DNA from: Tubulanus polymorphus
Taxonomy: Eukaryota > Animalia > Nemertea
DNA length: 64,000 nucleotides
Reading direction: 5' to 3'
NCBI RefSeq assembly: GCF_964204645.1
Contig: NC_134029.1
Location: 15,494,950 to 15,558,949 of the forward strand
Below the pieces are notes generated by a model. It saw only the letters and a list, made by a program, of their open reading frames with translations, did no database searches and was not told the origin of the DNA. Each line of letters starts with the position of its first letter. Position 1 is the first letter of the stretch. Shown here one piece after another: positions 25,522 to 36,488 of this stretch. Both the position numbers and the translations under genes were made by a program.

Positions 25522-26937
25522 ATGGTAGATAGTTTTCCAAAAGCTTTCCAATATAATAAATCAATTAAATATAATATTCCAGCAATAGATTTTAATAAAG
25601 ATATTACATACAGAAATGAAGTTTTAGATTCATTAACTAATTTAGAAATTTATGTTACTGAAACTAATAATTTTAATGCAAAGATGGAAAATATATTTCA
25701 TGTATATTTAATTAATTTTAAAAAATTGAAAGATGGAAAACAATGGTTATTAAAATCTAATATGAAGTATTGGCAGAACCAATTAAATTTTGCTGTTTAT
25801 TGTTCAACAACAGGTTGTGGAATTAGTTGGAATGATCATTTGAATAATTCTAAATATAAATTAATTCAAAGTTTATTTAGATTTCATACATACTTTCAAA
25901 TAAGAATAATATTAAATGAATTAGAGTGCGCTTTACCAGGATCTAGATATTTTAAAGAATTAGATGATAATATTAATTTATCAAAGTTTTATAAAATTTG
26001 TAATGAATTTAATATAGATATAAATAATTCTGATTTTAGAACAAAAATTGGAACAATAAGATCACTTCCTTGCCCTAAAAAGATTGCAGAATATTGTGCA
26101 CTTCCCATACCATCTAATAGCTTTTATAATATCTATAATAATAAATTAGGTTATAGTAAAATAGAAACTAAGGATTTAGAAACATTAAATTTCAATAAAT
26201 TACCGACATTTTATGATAATTTAAAACAAGAAAACAATAATGGTTGGGTTTATTTTATTTTAGAAAATAGTGAAGGTTTTACTAAATCAGGTATACAAAG
26301 AATAAATCAATCTATTAGAACTTATTTGATATGTATTCTAGGATCACAGGTTGAAACAAGATCCCCAATAATTGGAAATTTAAATACATCATTTGATACA
26401 CAGAAACAATTTAAAGTTTTATTTGAAGATTCAATTCATAATGATAAAAATAGATCGATTCCAGAAAACATTATAAGATATCAAAATTATTTAGATAAAT
26501 CTCATGTAAGACTTAATTATTGTATAGGCCCTAATCTATTAATTATTTCTAATGATTTAGTATTAAAGATGGGAAATATAATTGGTTATAATAATCTAAT
26601 TAAAACCGCAACAATAAATAATTCATTTGGATTGAATGATATAAATAAAAAGATAATTACTGCCCCAAAATTAATGGAAGGTGAAAAAACTAAAAAACAT
26701 ATTCAATCAACAGAAACTAAAACTAATAATATTAAATTAAATAATGATTCTAAAATAAAAGATTACAATACATCAGAAAATGGTGCCGTACGGCACCCAC
26801 ACGGTGATATAAAAACTGATATTATTCAACATGATATAATTAAAACTGATAATGATAATAAATCCCATGAAAATACTAAATTAGCTATAACTTGTATAGG
26901 AATTGTAATTGGAGGAATATTATATTTTAAATTTTAA
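25522..26937 (+). CDS. 471-aa protein with C-terminal membrane anchor, function unknown
   Basis: Intact ORF; YWQNQLNFAVYCSTTGCGISW; C-terminal LAITCIGIVIGGILYF; homolog in F. Confidence 0.8.
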   Translation: MVDSFPKAFQYNKSIKYNIPAIDFNKDITYRNEVLDSLTNLEIYVTETNNFNAKMENIFHVYLINFKKLKDGKQWLLKSNMKYWQNQLNFAVYCSTTGCGISWNDHLNNSKYKLIQSLFRFHTYFQIRIILNELECALPGSRYFKELDDNINLSKFYKICNEFNIDINNSDFRTKIGTIRSLPCPKKIAEYCALPIPSNSFYNIYNNKLGYSKIETKDLETLNFNKLPTFYDNLKQENNNGWVYFILENSEGFTKSGIQRINQSIRTYLICILGSQVETRSPIIGNLNTSFDTQKQFKVLFEDSIHNDKNRSIPENIIRYQNYLDKSHVRLNYCIGPNLLIISNDLVLKMGNIIGYNNLIKTATINNSFGLNDINKKIITAPKLMEGEKTKKHIQSTETKTNNIKLNNDSKIKDYNTSENGAVRHPHGDIKTDIIQHDIIKTDNDNKSHENTKLAITCIGIVIGGILYFKF

Positions 26938-26947
26938 TTTTTTTATT

Positions 26948-28459
26948 ATGTTAATGGATGTAGCAGGTGGAGAAGATTATGAAATGGATGACATGGGAAA
27001 TAATAATGAAGGATATATTGATGATGATTATAATGATGCAGGCGCTAATCTTAATGAAACTAATATTGATAATGATGATGAATCAGCATATAATTCTAAT
27101 TTAGCAGATAGTGGTTCTAAAGGTCAATCAACAGATGAATTTGATAGAAGAACTAGATCGAGAATAAATCCTGAAAATGAAAATCCAGATTTAGTAAAAC
27201 AAAATTTAGAATATAATGAATATATTTATAATTTTAAACCTATATTTGAAAAATCTGGATATAATATCAATGCCAGAGGCGCTAGACTTTTAGTACAAGA
27301 ATTAAAGTTTTTAGATGGTGAATATTATTATCGTTCGAAAGATGATTATTATATTGATATCTCTTATAAAAAACAAAACAAAATATTAGCAGAATCAACT
27401 TTGCTTAAGTCTGACTCATTACTATCTAGAATTAAAATAATAAGAAATAGTAATGAAATAGAAGATGTAACACAAGAAGAAATTATTAAAAATGAAAGAG
27501 TATTTAAACAAAGAATTAATGAATTATTTGAAATAATCGATAATAATTTAGAAACAGAAACAACTTCTGAACAGAATAAAACTTCCAAAACTAGTAAACT
27601 TAAATCAAATAAAGTTCCAATTGAAAAACTTTTACCGAATGGATTACTTGATGCAACAGATCAAGAATTAGAAGATTTAGATATATTTTCTGATAAAGCA
27701 ATTAGAGAGATTATTAGTATAAGAAATACATCTGATAAAATTGCGCATGATAAAAGTATAAGAGATTTTAAAATTAGAACTTTAGAAAAAGAATTAACTG
27801 ATAAAAATAAAGAAATAGAACAATTAAAATTAGATAGAGATAATAAAGTTATTGAAGAAATTGAGTTTAAAAAAAGAAATGCATATTTAGAAAAAGAAAT
27901 AGATGATTTAGAATATAACATAGAATTACAAAAAGAAGAAATTAAATTATTATTAAAATCATATGATTATAATATTAATAGATTATAAGTTATTTTTAAA
28001 GATTTGTTGATAAAACCAGATTCTAAAATATCATTGAAAGATAGAATCAAATTATTATTTAAATTAGAAGGTATAACAATTCTTTCAATTCTAACAGCTG
28101 TAACTATGTTATTTACAACAATTGGTTTAGCTATATCAAATGCTTTGAAATCTACTCCTACTCCCAATAAACCAGATAAACCCCCAGGTAATAATTCTAT
28201 ACAAGATAAAGTTAAAGATGGTTTAAAGAAATTAGCAAAATATTTATGGGAACTATCTAAAAAATCTGCTGCAGCTTTACCAGGAATTATTGCATCAATT
28301 GTTGGTTTTATATTGAAATCTGCAGGAAACATTATTAACTTTGCTGCTGAACATATTATTTTATTTTTAATTACAGTTGTAAGTGCTATTATTTTTGGAT
28401 TAGTAAATATGATATCAAAAAAATATCAAGTAAACATGATATCAAAAAATATCAAGTAA
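26948..28459 (+). pseudogene. ~500-aa protein: acidic N-terminus, coiled coil, multi-TM C-terminus; broken near 27988
   Basis: ORFs 26909-27988 and 28004-28459 are consecutive parts; homolog in F at ~44985-46462. Confidence 0.7.
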
Positions 28460-28520
28460 ACATGATATCAAAAAATATCAAGTAAACATGATATCAAAAA
28501 ATATCAAGTAACCATGATAA
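28422..28520. repeat. 26-bp tandem repeat (AGTAAACATGATATCAAAAAATATCA)
   Basis: About four copies spanning the stop codon upstream of MCP. Confidence 0.8.
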
Positions 28521-28551
28521 AAAATAAATAATTAATTTTTTTGTTAAATAA

Positions 28552-29798
28552 ATGAGTGGGAGTTATATCAATCCTTCTAAGAATCATAGAATATCTAATG
28601 CTATTAAAGCAGAAAGATCACATCATATAATTACTCATAACCCTTCTAATATTAATCCTGATGAAACTTTATATGTTAGAATTCCTCGATTAACACAAAA
28701 TACTTTTTACGTTCCAAATAGTATTTATTTATCAGCTGATATAAAAGTAATCGGTAATAATAATAATTATGTTGTTGATAATGTTGGAAGATATTTGATT
28801 AAAAAGTTAACTATAAGATCGGTCCAGAAACAGTTTTCTCATTAGATGATTATAATTTATTTATGCATTATAAAGATTTATGGTTTACTAAAGAAAATAG
28901 AAATAATATGATATTTCAAGGCATCCAATCGGAAAACCAAAATAAATTAAGATCAGAAGCTAATAGCGCAATATTAACTAATGCTGTAGATAAATTGATA
29001 AAAAGTATATATGGAAGCAAATATAAAATTCCATTAGATTTTGAATTGATAAATAATAATGCACCTTTATATAAATACGCAATTCAAGAAGACGTTATAT
29101 TCGAAATAACATTTGCTCCTGTAAATGAAATTGTATTATCTAGCGTTAATAAAGATATGAGTTATAAATTATCGAATATATGTTTAGAATATGATACAGT
29201 AACTGATGAAAATATTTCAAGTATAATTCAAACTCAATACAATCAAGGATTTTCATTATTATATGATTATATTGATAAATTTAAAACCGTAACTATTAAT
29301 GCGAATGATGAAATAATTAATGAGAATATTAACTTCCCAAGAAGATCTATTAAAAGTATATTAATATTTTTTACCATTGCAACATATACTAATGGCGCAA
29401 TAAATGTTGATAATTATTATAATCCTGATATAACAAAAGTAGAAATAACTATTGAAGGAATAGCAAATAAAATATTTTGTCAAGGAATGAGAATGATAGA
29501 TCAATGGCCAGAAATTAGAAAACATTTTATGAATGAAAAAGTAAAATCATCTGAAAATTGTAATATTAATCAAATTGATTATTATACCGGTAATAAATAT
29601 GCATTATGGTTAGATTTTAGAAAAACAGAGGATAATTCATTACATGTTTCTGGAAAAAAACTACAGAACACTAAAGATGGAATACAATTATTCATGACAA
29701 AGAATAAAGGAATCAAAAATTTTAAAATGTACATTTATATTATATCTGACGCGCAATTAAATATTGTAAATTCTCAATTAAATAGTGTTATGTATTAA
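28552..29798 (+). pseudogene. Major capsid protein (double jelly-roll), one frameshift near 28820
   Basis: ~415 codons, beta-rich; HNPSNINPDETLYVRIP.L, YKIPLDF, YKLSNICLEYD, INENINFPRRSIKSIL.FF, YALWLDFR; position in the structural module; no search run. Confidence 0.78.
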
Positions 29799-29830
29799 AA
29801 TTTTAACTTTAATAAATATTTATATAATAA

Positions 29831-30640
29831 ATGGAAGGAGGTAAAGTATATAAACATATTCCATACATCGATACACATGAAAATAATGATGGTTTATATT
29901 ATGTAATACCTTGTAATATAGCTTTGATATTTGATCCTATTTTCAAAATTTATAAAACTAAACTAATAGAAATCGATAATAATAAAAGTGAAGTTGTTGA
30001 TAATTTAAGTAATGTAATTGATAATAATGTAATACCTACTACAGTAATACCTACTACAGTAATACCTACTACATCTAATAATATAATACCTACTACATCT
30101 AATAATGAAATAATATTAAATGTTAGTGAAAATAGAAATTATTGTGATTATTGTAAAAGTGAATTTTCAAACGCTCCATCAAATTGGAATAATCATATGA
30201 ATACAAATTTACATATTATTAATGTAATAGATCGTGTTGGTATAAGAGAATTTATAGAACACCCATTTAATTATGTTACAAAGTTTGTTTCAAATAAAAA
30301 AGTAGATGGTAAAGATTTATATAAAGATTTATTAGGTGAATTTTTATCTAAGGAACCTAGTAATGATGAATTAGATTTATCTGCCGCTAAAAAATACTAG
30401 AATCAAGCATTGTAAATACAATATTAAGGTCAAACACTAATAAAGATAATAATGAAGATTCTATGAAACATAAAGTAGAAAATAAAGATATAGTTGAGAT
30501 GACTAATAAGTATATCAATAAACCAATTATTTATGAAGATTCGGTAGAGCATTTGAATAAATTGTTAGGGTCTGATGATGAATTGGAGAGTGATGATGAA
30601 AGTGATTCAGAAAGTAATTATCTAACACTCAGAAAGTAAT
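29831..30640 (+). CDS. Hypothetical protein with VIPTT repeats and a CxxC...HxxxxxH zinc finger (stop at 30400 may be premature)
   Basis: TAAATG start; YCDYCKSEFS...NNHMNTNLH; acidic coding-like sequence continues to ~30640. Confidence 0.6.
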
Positions 30641-31035
30641 AAAGGTTGAAAATTGTATAAAATAATAGTAAATAAAAAAGGGGGTTTTAAGTATTAAGGT
30701 ATCTAATACATATCTAATACATATCGAATACATATCTAATACGTATCTAATACGTATCTAATACGTATCTAATACGTATTTAATACATATTATTTGAAAA
30801 TGCCTTAAATTATATTTCTTTTTTATATTTATATTGAAACCTCAGTAATAATAAATAACCTTTATTATTTTCAAACTTATTCATATATCAGTTGAAAAAA
30901 ATAAAAATAAATTGGTTGAAAATTATATGAATAATATTTATTTTAAGAAAAGGGGGTTTTAAGTATTAAATACATTAATACGTATTTAATACGTATTTAT
31001 TACGTATTAGATAGATAGATATATAAATATTTATT

Positions 31036-31641
31036 TTATAAATTTATATTCATAGGGAAATTGAAATCTCAGTAATAATTTTGAACCTTTACTATTCTTC
31101 AATTTATTCATATATTCATCATGTAATTCAGTAGGTATAATTTGATTTTCTTCCAATGATTGTTGCATAGATTTTTTATCTTTGTTATAAAATAAAACTA
31201 GAATTCTTATATTCTCCCAAAGTCTTTAACAATTGAATTATATTTTTGATTTAAAACCCATGTTGTTATCCCGAAATGTCTTCCAGAGAAAGCTAAATAA
31301 CATAACTCACTTTCTCTAACTTATGAATCATGTAAATTTGCGCAATCATCTATAATGAATAATGTATTTGATCCTTTATAAGTATCAATTGCTATTTTTA
31401 TACAATTATCTAAATTTTCTTTTACTGTTTTAGGATTTAATATAATAAACTTTTTCATCTTAACTATATCTCTATTATATGTTTTATTCATTTCATAAGT
31501 AGGACAAAATAATATTATATTATCAAAATGATTCTTATAAATAGTTTCTAACAAATCTAATATGAAATGTGTTTTACCACAATTGGTTACTCCAGTAACT
31601 AACATATTATGCGGTTCAAATATAAATAAATCTTTATTCAT
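31036..31641 (-). pseudogene. A32/FtsK-like DNA packaging ATPase
   Basis: Walker A MLVTGVTNCGKT and Walker B LFIIDDC; premature stop at 31321, followed by LAFSGRHFGI. Confidence 0.9.
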
Positions 31642-32732
31642 TTATTCTTTTAATTTTACTAGATAAAATCCATTCATTAAATTTATCATCATATCCTTTA
31701 TATTTCACCAAAGAATACTTTTTTCCTTTAAGAGTTTTTGTTTTCAATACTTTTTCTATTTTGTATTCTATTTCATCTGGGTTTGGTACAAGTGATAATT
31801 CTTGTTCATAGAAATAGCCTAATATTTCTTCATCTTTTAAATCTTCTAATTTATAAACAAAATGTTTAGTTAATATTATCTTTTTAATCTTGAATATTTC
31901 TTCTGTAAAATTAGGGGTATAACCTTTATAAAAGGTTTTTCTATATTTAGATATTCTTACGTGTTGTCCAATTTTGAATCTAGGATCTCCGAAATCATGT
32001 GTAACAAACGCTCCATATAAATTATTCCAAACTATTTCTGAATTATCTTCTTTTCTAGCTTGTATAGGTTTCATATTTATAGAACTATGTTTAGAATTAT
32101 TATAACCTTTCACTAAATCATCTAACATATTTATAGACTCACCGATATATTTATATGTTTCATTAGCAGTAAAATATTTCCACATTCTAGTTTTCAATGT
32201 TTTATTAAATCTTTCTATAATAGATGCTTTTTTATCTGAGTGTGTTGAAAAATAATCTACATCGTTATCAGATAATAGTTTTTTAAAATGTTTGTTATAA
32301 AATTCCTTACCTTCATCAAATTGTATCTTATCTGGAATAGTTTCTTTAAATATAGATTTAAAAGCATTTGTTACTTCTATACCAGTTTTATTTTTGATTG
32401 GAATTGACCATGCGTATCTACTGAATATATCTATAACATTTAATATCCAGAAATATCCTTTGTTGTATTCTTCTAAGTTCTTCATGTCAATTAAATCTGC
32501 TTGCCATTGTTGATCAATATATGAAACCATAACTTTTCTTGTTAAATAAGTTTTACCCATTTTCTTGTGGATTTGATATGTTGGTTGATTTTGTAACCAT
32601 GATTTTAATTCACTATATTTTATACCACCATTATCAGATTTAATTTTATTCCATAATTCTGAAACGTTAGAATATGATACTTCACTTTCTGGGTTATAAT
32701 ATAAATCTCTTAAATATTGTTCTTTTTTTCAT
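31634..32732 (-). CDS. int: Retroviral-like (RVE) integrase with C-terminal chromodomain; frameshift close to the start
   Basis: WQADLIDM, IDIFSRYAW, IQFDEGKEF, IERFNKTLK (DDE); F.KGYTPNFTEEIF; YKIEKVL...LVKYKGYDDKFNEWI chromodomain. Confidence 0.93.
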
Positions 32733-32738
32733 CTTATT

Positions 32739-33104
32739 TTAATCCATTAATAATAATTTAGAATTAGTTTCAATGGTTTTATGATTTGACTTATTTTCTG
32801 GTATGATAGGTTTATTGTCATTGGAATCATTATTATTAGATTTGAATTTAGATTTATATATTACACCGGAGAATATAATAACTGTTACTAATCCAATTGT
32901 AATATATAATTTATAATTACTTCCAGCATTAGAAGAATTAGATGGATTATCATTTGAATCAATATCAGATAAAGTCTGTGATTCATTTATATTAGTTAAT
33001 TTCTTTTTCTTAGCTTTTTTTAATTCTGAAGATCTTTTACCTAATTCTCTTGCCCATTTAATTTGTTTCTCGGATCTAGCCTTTTTCTTAACGCTATCAC
33101 TCAT
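32739..33104 (-). CDS. 121-aa basic single-TM protein
   Basis: TAAATG start; Lys-rich N-terminus; LYITIGLVTVIIFSGVIY. Confidence 0.7.
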   Translation of the reverse strand: MSDSVKKKARSEKQIKWARELGKRSSELKKAKKKKLTNINESQTLSDIDSNDNPSNSSNAGSNYKLYITIGLVTVIIFSGVIYKSKFKSNNNDSNDNKPIIPENKSNHKTIETNSKLLLMD

Positions 33105-33699
33105 TTATTTTACTTAATTTTTGTTCTGATTCATTTTCTGTTTCGACGTTTGGTTGTAGTACATCTGTTTCGTTCTTACCTGATTTATATTCCATAGGCT
33201 TGATGTTTGAAAATGTTATGACACCAGTAGAAATTAATGTCATAACCGATCCTAGTTGGAATGAAGCATAACCAACCCATTTTTGTAATTCAGTCATAAC
33301 TAAGTAGTCATTTTTCAAATCACTATATAATTTATTTTCATCATCAATTGGTATTAACTGGTTACATAACTTAGAATAACATTTGACAATACTATCTGAA
33401 ATAGAATCATTTATTCTAGCTAATCTTGCTTCTTCATAAATCTTAAAATATTTTATTACTTTATCTGGTTTCATAGCATCTAATTCTTGAAAAGTTATTA
33501 TTTTTCCCAAGAAATCCTTAGATTTCCAGCCAGCAATTAATAATTCAAGATGATGCTTACAATATAAATAGTATTCATAATCTATATTACAATTAACTTG
33601 AATAGAATTAGAAACAACTGGGTCCTTATTATCACTAATACCCAAATCATCTAATGTTTTTTCAATATCAATACTTTTCTTACTCGATTTCTTTGACAT
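33097..33699 (-). CDS. 200-aa hypothetical protein
   Basis: Intact ORF with TAAATG start; homologs at 13652-14260 and 43620-43850. Confidence 0.75.
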   Translation of the reverse strand: MSKKSSKKSIDIEKTLDDLGISDNKDPVVSNSIQVNCNIDYEYYLYCKHHLELLIAGWKSKDFLGKIITFQELDAMKPDKVIKYFKIYEEARLARINDSISDSIVKCYSKLCNQLIPIDDENKLYSDLKNDYLVMTELQKWVGYASFQLGSVMTLISTGVITFSNIKPMEYKSGKNETDVLQPNVETENESEQKLSKINE

Positions 33700-33944
33700 T
33701 TATATTAGAGAAATTTAATAAGAAAAATATTATAAGTATTATAAAATGATACTAGTATCTCTTTGGGTTAATACTAGCTAGTTAAAGCTAAAGAATTTTA
33801 GTATTAGTTATTGTTTTTTAGTATTTTTTATTTGTGATATAAAGTATTCTTTTTTGAAAAGAAAGTATTAAAAAAACAATAACTAATACTAGCTAGTTGA
33901 AGATATGTAATTTTTAATATTTTTTATTTAAAATCTATTATTCT

Positions 33945-34610
33945 TTAACCACTCATTAAAGACTCAATATGTTGTTCATTATTTGGATCATTGTTCCATA
34001 ATTCAATGAATTTCTTTGCTTTATCTAATTGATCCAAATATAACTGTAAATCTAGTTTATTAGATTTGATTTGATTTTCTTTCTTTTCTAAAGGCCTTAA
34101 ATTCTTCCAATTCCAAATAAGTTTTTTATTGTATTCATCATTCATGTTAAATTTAGATATTGGTAACACGTGATCAATATGGTAATAATCCCCATAATTA
34201 TCTATATTCATTTTATCATCGAATTGATATATTATCCATGATTTGAGAAATTCATCTGAACAACCTAATAGATTAGATAGTGTTTCTGAATGTGTTTCTT
34301 TGTTGAATAATTGTGTTAATCTAGACCTTAAGCATTGTTTTAATCTAAAATTAAGATCTGTTTGATATCTTTCTCTCATATATTCTGCCATATAATGATT
34401 ATAATGTTCTATATTATCTTCTCGATATTGTTTAGTATATAGTTTAGTGCAAGTTTTACAGCAATATTGAAAACCATCTTTGCTAATCTTACGCTTACTA
34501 AATTCTGTTAATGATTTATCTAATTCACATTTAGAACACTTCTTGTAGTATATATTTATAACACCAGTGTTATTTGTAATATTGATAATTTGTGGTTGTT
34601 CTGGTTCCAT
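33945..34610 (-). CDS. HNH endonuclease of the type common in large DNA viruses, with N-terminal zinc ribbon
   Basis: KKCSKC..KSL.EF...KDG...CKTC; LRSRL; LLGCS; DNYG..YHIDHVLPISKF...WNWKNLRPL...EN..KSNK. Confidence 0.82.
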   Translation of the reverse strand: MEPEQPQIINITNNTGVINIYYKKCSKCELDKSLTEFSKRKISKDGFQYCCKTCTKLYTKQYREDNIEHYNHYMAEYMRERYQTDLNFRLKQCLRSRLTQLFNKETHSETLSNLLGCSDEFLKSWIIYQFDDKMNIDNYGDYYHIDHVLPISKFNMNDEYNKKLIWNWKNLRPLEKKENQIKSNKLDLQLYLDQLDKAKKFIELWNNDPNNEQHIESLMSG

Positions 34611-34752
34611 TTATTGTACGTATTTTTTACTAAATTGGTTAATATTTTAGAATCCTCTTCCATTTCTTCGACCAACGTCATCCTTTTTCATTCTTCGTTG
34701 CTTTTGATAAGTCAGTTTCGATTCCTTGATATCTAAATAATACCACTGGGTA

Positions 34753-35055
34753 AAACCGCTCTTATAGGAGCGTTTTTGCTTAATGCGCATGCGTTAATCA
34801 TAATTATATATTCATTCTGTAAATTCTGTAAAATAGAAACGACCGACATAAAATATCAAAACGTGTTCGCACTAGGCAAACCGCTCTTATAGGAGCGTTT
34901 TTGATCAATGCGCATGCGTTGATCATAATTATATATTCATTCTGTAAATTCTGTAAAATAGAAACGGTCGACATGAAATATCTAAACGTTTTCGCATTAG
35001 GCAAACCGCGCATTCATGCGCGCTTTTGCTTAATGCGCATGCGCTAATCATAATT
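34753..35055. repeat. ~125-bp tandem repeat, 2.4 copies, with internal palindromes
   Basis: Units begin AAACCGC at ~34753, ~34878 and ~35003; contain CGCTCTTATAGGAGCG and AATGCGCATGCGTT. Confidence 0.8.
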
Positions 35056-35889
35056 GAAACGAATCATTATTGAAACGACTGAATATAAAAATTCACCAAG
35101 TAGATTTACACAATACATTATACAAGTTGTTTAGTCATTTCTTCCAATACATCATTTGATTTCTATAAATACAATTTATAATTACAAACATTTTTCAATT
35201 GCCGGTAAATATTTAACTACATCGACAAATATTAAACTTAATCATTGGAGTCTTAATGTTTTTGAAATTCTTATATAGTTTCTTCGTCGATCTTTTGGTG
35301 ATTCTATTGGTTCGATATCCATCGCTGTTGATTCCTCAGTCAGAAAGAGTATCTTGAGTTTCTCTATCACTTCTTGATGCGTATGGCGTTTTATTAATCT
35401 AAAAGATATTAGCGGTAACTCTAGCTATCTAAAAGATATACTAAATACACTTAAATATATCTAAAGGTTTCATATTTAATAGCCCTAATAACTACAACAA
35501 ACAGTACTTACATTTAGATTTATAATTGTAAACTATAAACTCCTAATTTCGTTTCGAAAGATAGAATATCCTGAGCACAATATTACAGCGTATGTTCATT
35601 TCTTGCCACGTCATCTGGTTCCGGTTCTAGAGTGTTCTCTCTCTGCACGTTTGTAATAATGAGTCATAAGTCTCGGCGTCATAGTAACAGCTGTAACAGC
35701 TGTGAATTTATAGATTTATTCCATAGCTCTGTACATGGAATGTATATAGGTTCAAATAGAATCATGTTCTAGTATAAACATAGGATCCTTGATATCAAAT
35801 TCCTCAACGTATTGTTCATTATTTGGATCATTATTCCATAATTCAATAAATTTCTTTGCCTTTGTTAACTGTTCTGAATATAACTGTAA

Positions 35890-36488
35890 ATATTCTAGTT
35901 TCAATTTATTCTCTAAATGTGTTTTAGTTTTATTGTGTCTTGCTTTTTGGGATTTATCTACATTGATATTACATGTTGGACAGTAGTACTTATTTGCTTC
36001 CATTTTCATACTAAAATTTTTATTAAAATTGATTTTAGAAGTTCAATGATTTAAATGTTATTCATTTATATGAATATTTTAAGAGTAATAGGGGTAATGG
36101 GCTTTCGGGTTAAAGGTTGAATGGTCGAGTTCATTAAAAACAAATATTAAAAGTAATTTAAAACTATAATATATTTTCATAACCGTGTGTATTTCAGTTG
36201 AATAATAGAATAATTATTATTATTTGAATACATTTGATTATATGAATTTGTGTATTGTAAATAAATCAATTGGTCGCGGAGCGGAGCGGTAGCGAAGTGG
36301 AGCGACCAATTGATTTAATACAATATGCTTTTTAAATTATTGATATCTTAGAATAAATATTTAGTTTTTAATATAAAATGCACACGGTTATGAAAATATG
36401 TTATAGTTTTTAATTACTTTTAATGTTTTGTTTTTTAATGAGCTCGACCGTTCGACCTTTGATCTGAAAGCCCATTACCCCTATTACT
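35890..36488. repeat. Right TIR of B, with terminal palindrome 36084-36488
   Basis: Reverse complement of 14648-15246. Confidence 0.95.

Larger units (their letters stand above)
14648..36488 (+). mobile_element. Structurally complete Polinton/Maverick (adintovirus-like provirus) B, ~18.1 kb without its internal insertion
   Basis: AGT...ACT termini, 6-bp TSD TCTGTC (14642-14647, 36489-36494), long TIRs, and pPolB, penton, MCP, ATPase and integrase genes. Confidence 0.96.

Noticed and set aside
27364-28332. Minus-strand ORFs 27364-27588, 27661-27921, 27967-28332 (and + ORFs 44874-45485, 45531-45791)
   Set aside because: Antisense shadows of the coiled-coil/TM gene; no TAAATG start or independent motifs
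14648-36488. Prophage, free virus or contaminant contig
   Set aside because: Flanked by a 6-bp TSD inside a MITE inside a spliceosomal intron, and carries host TE insertions and inactivating mutations
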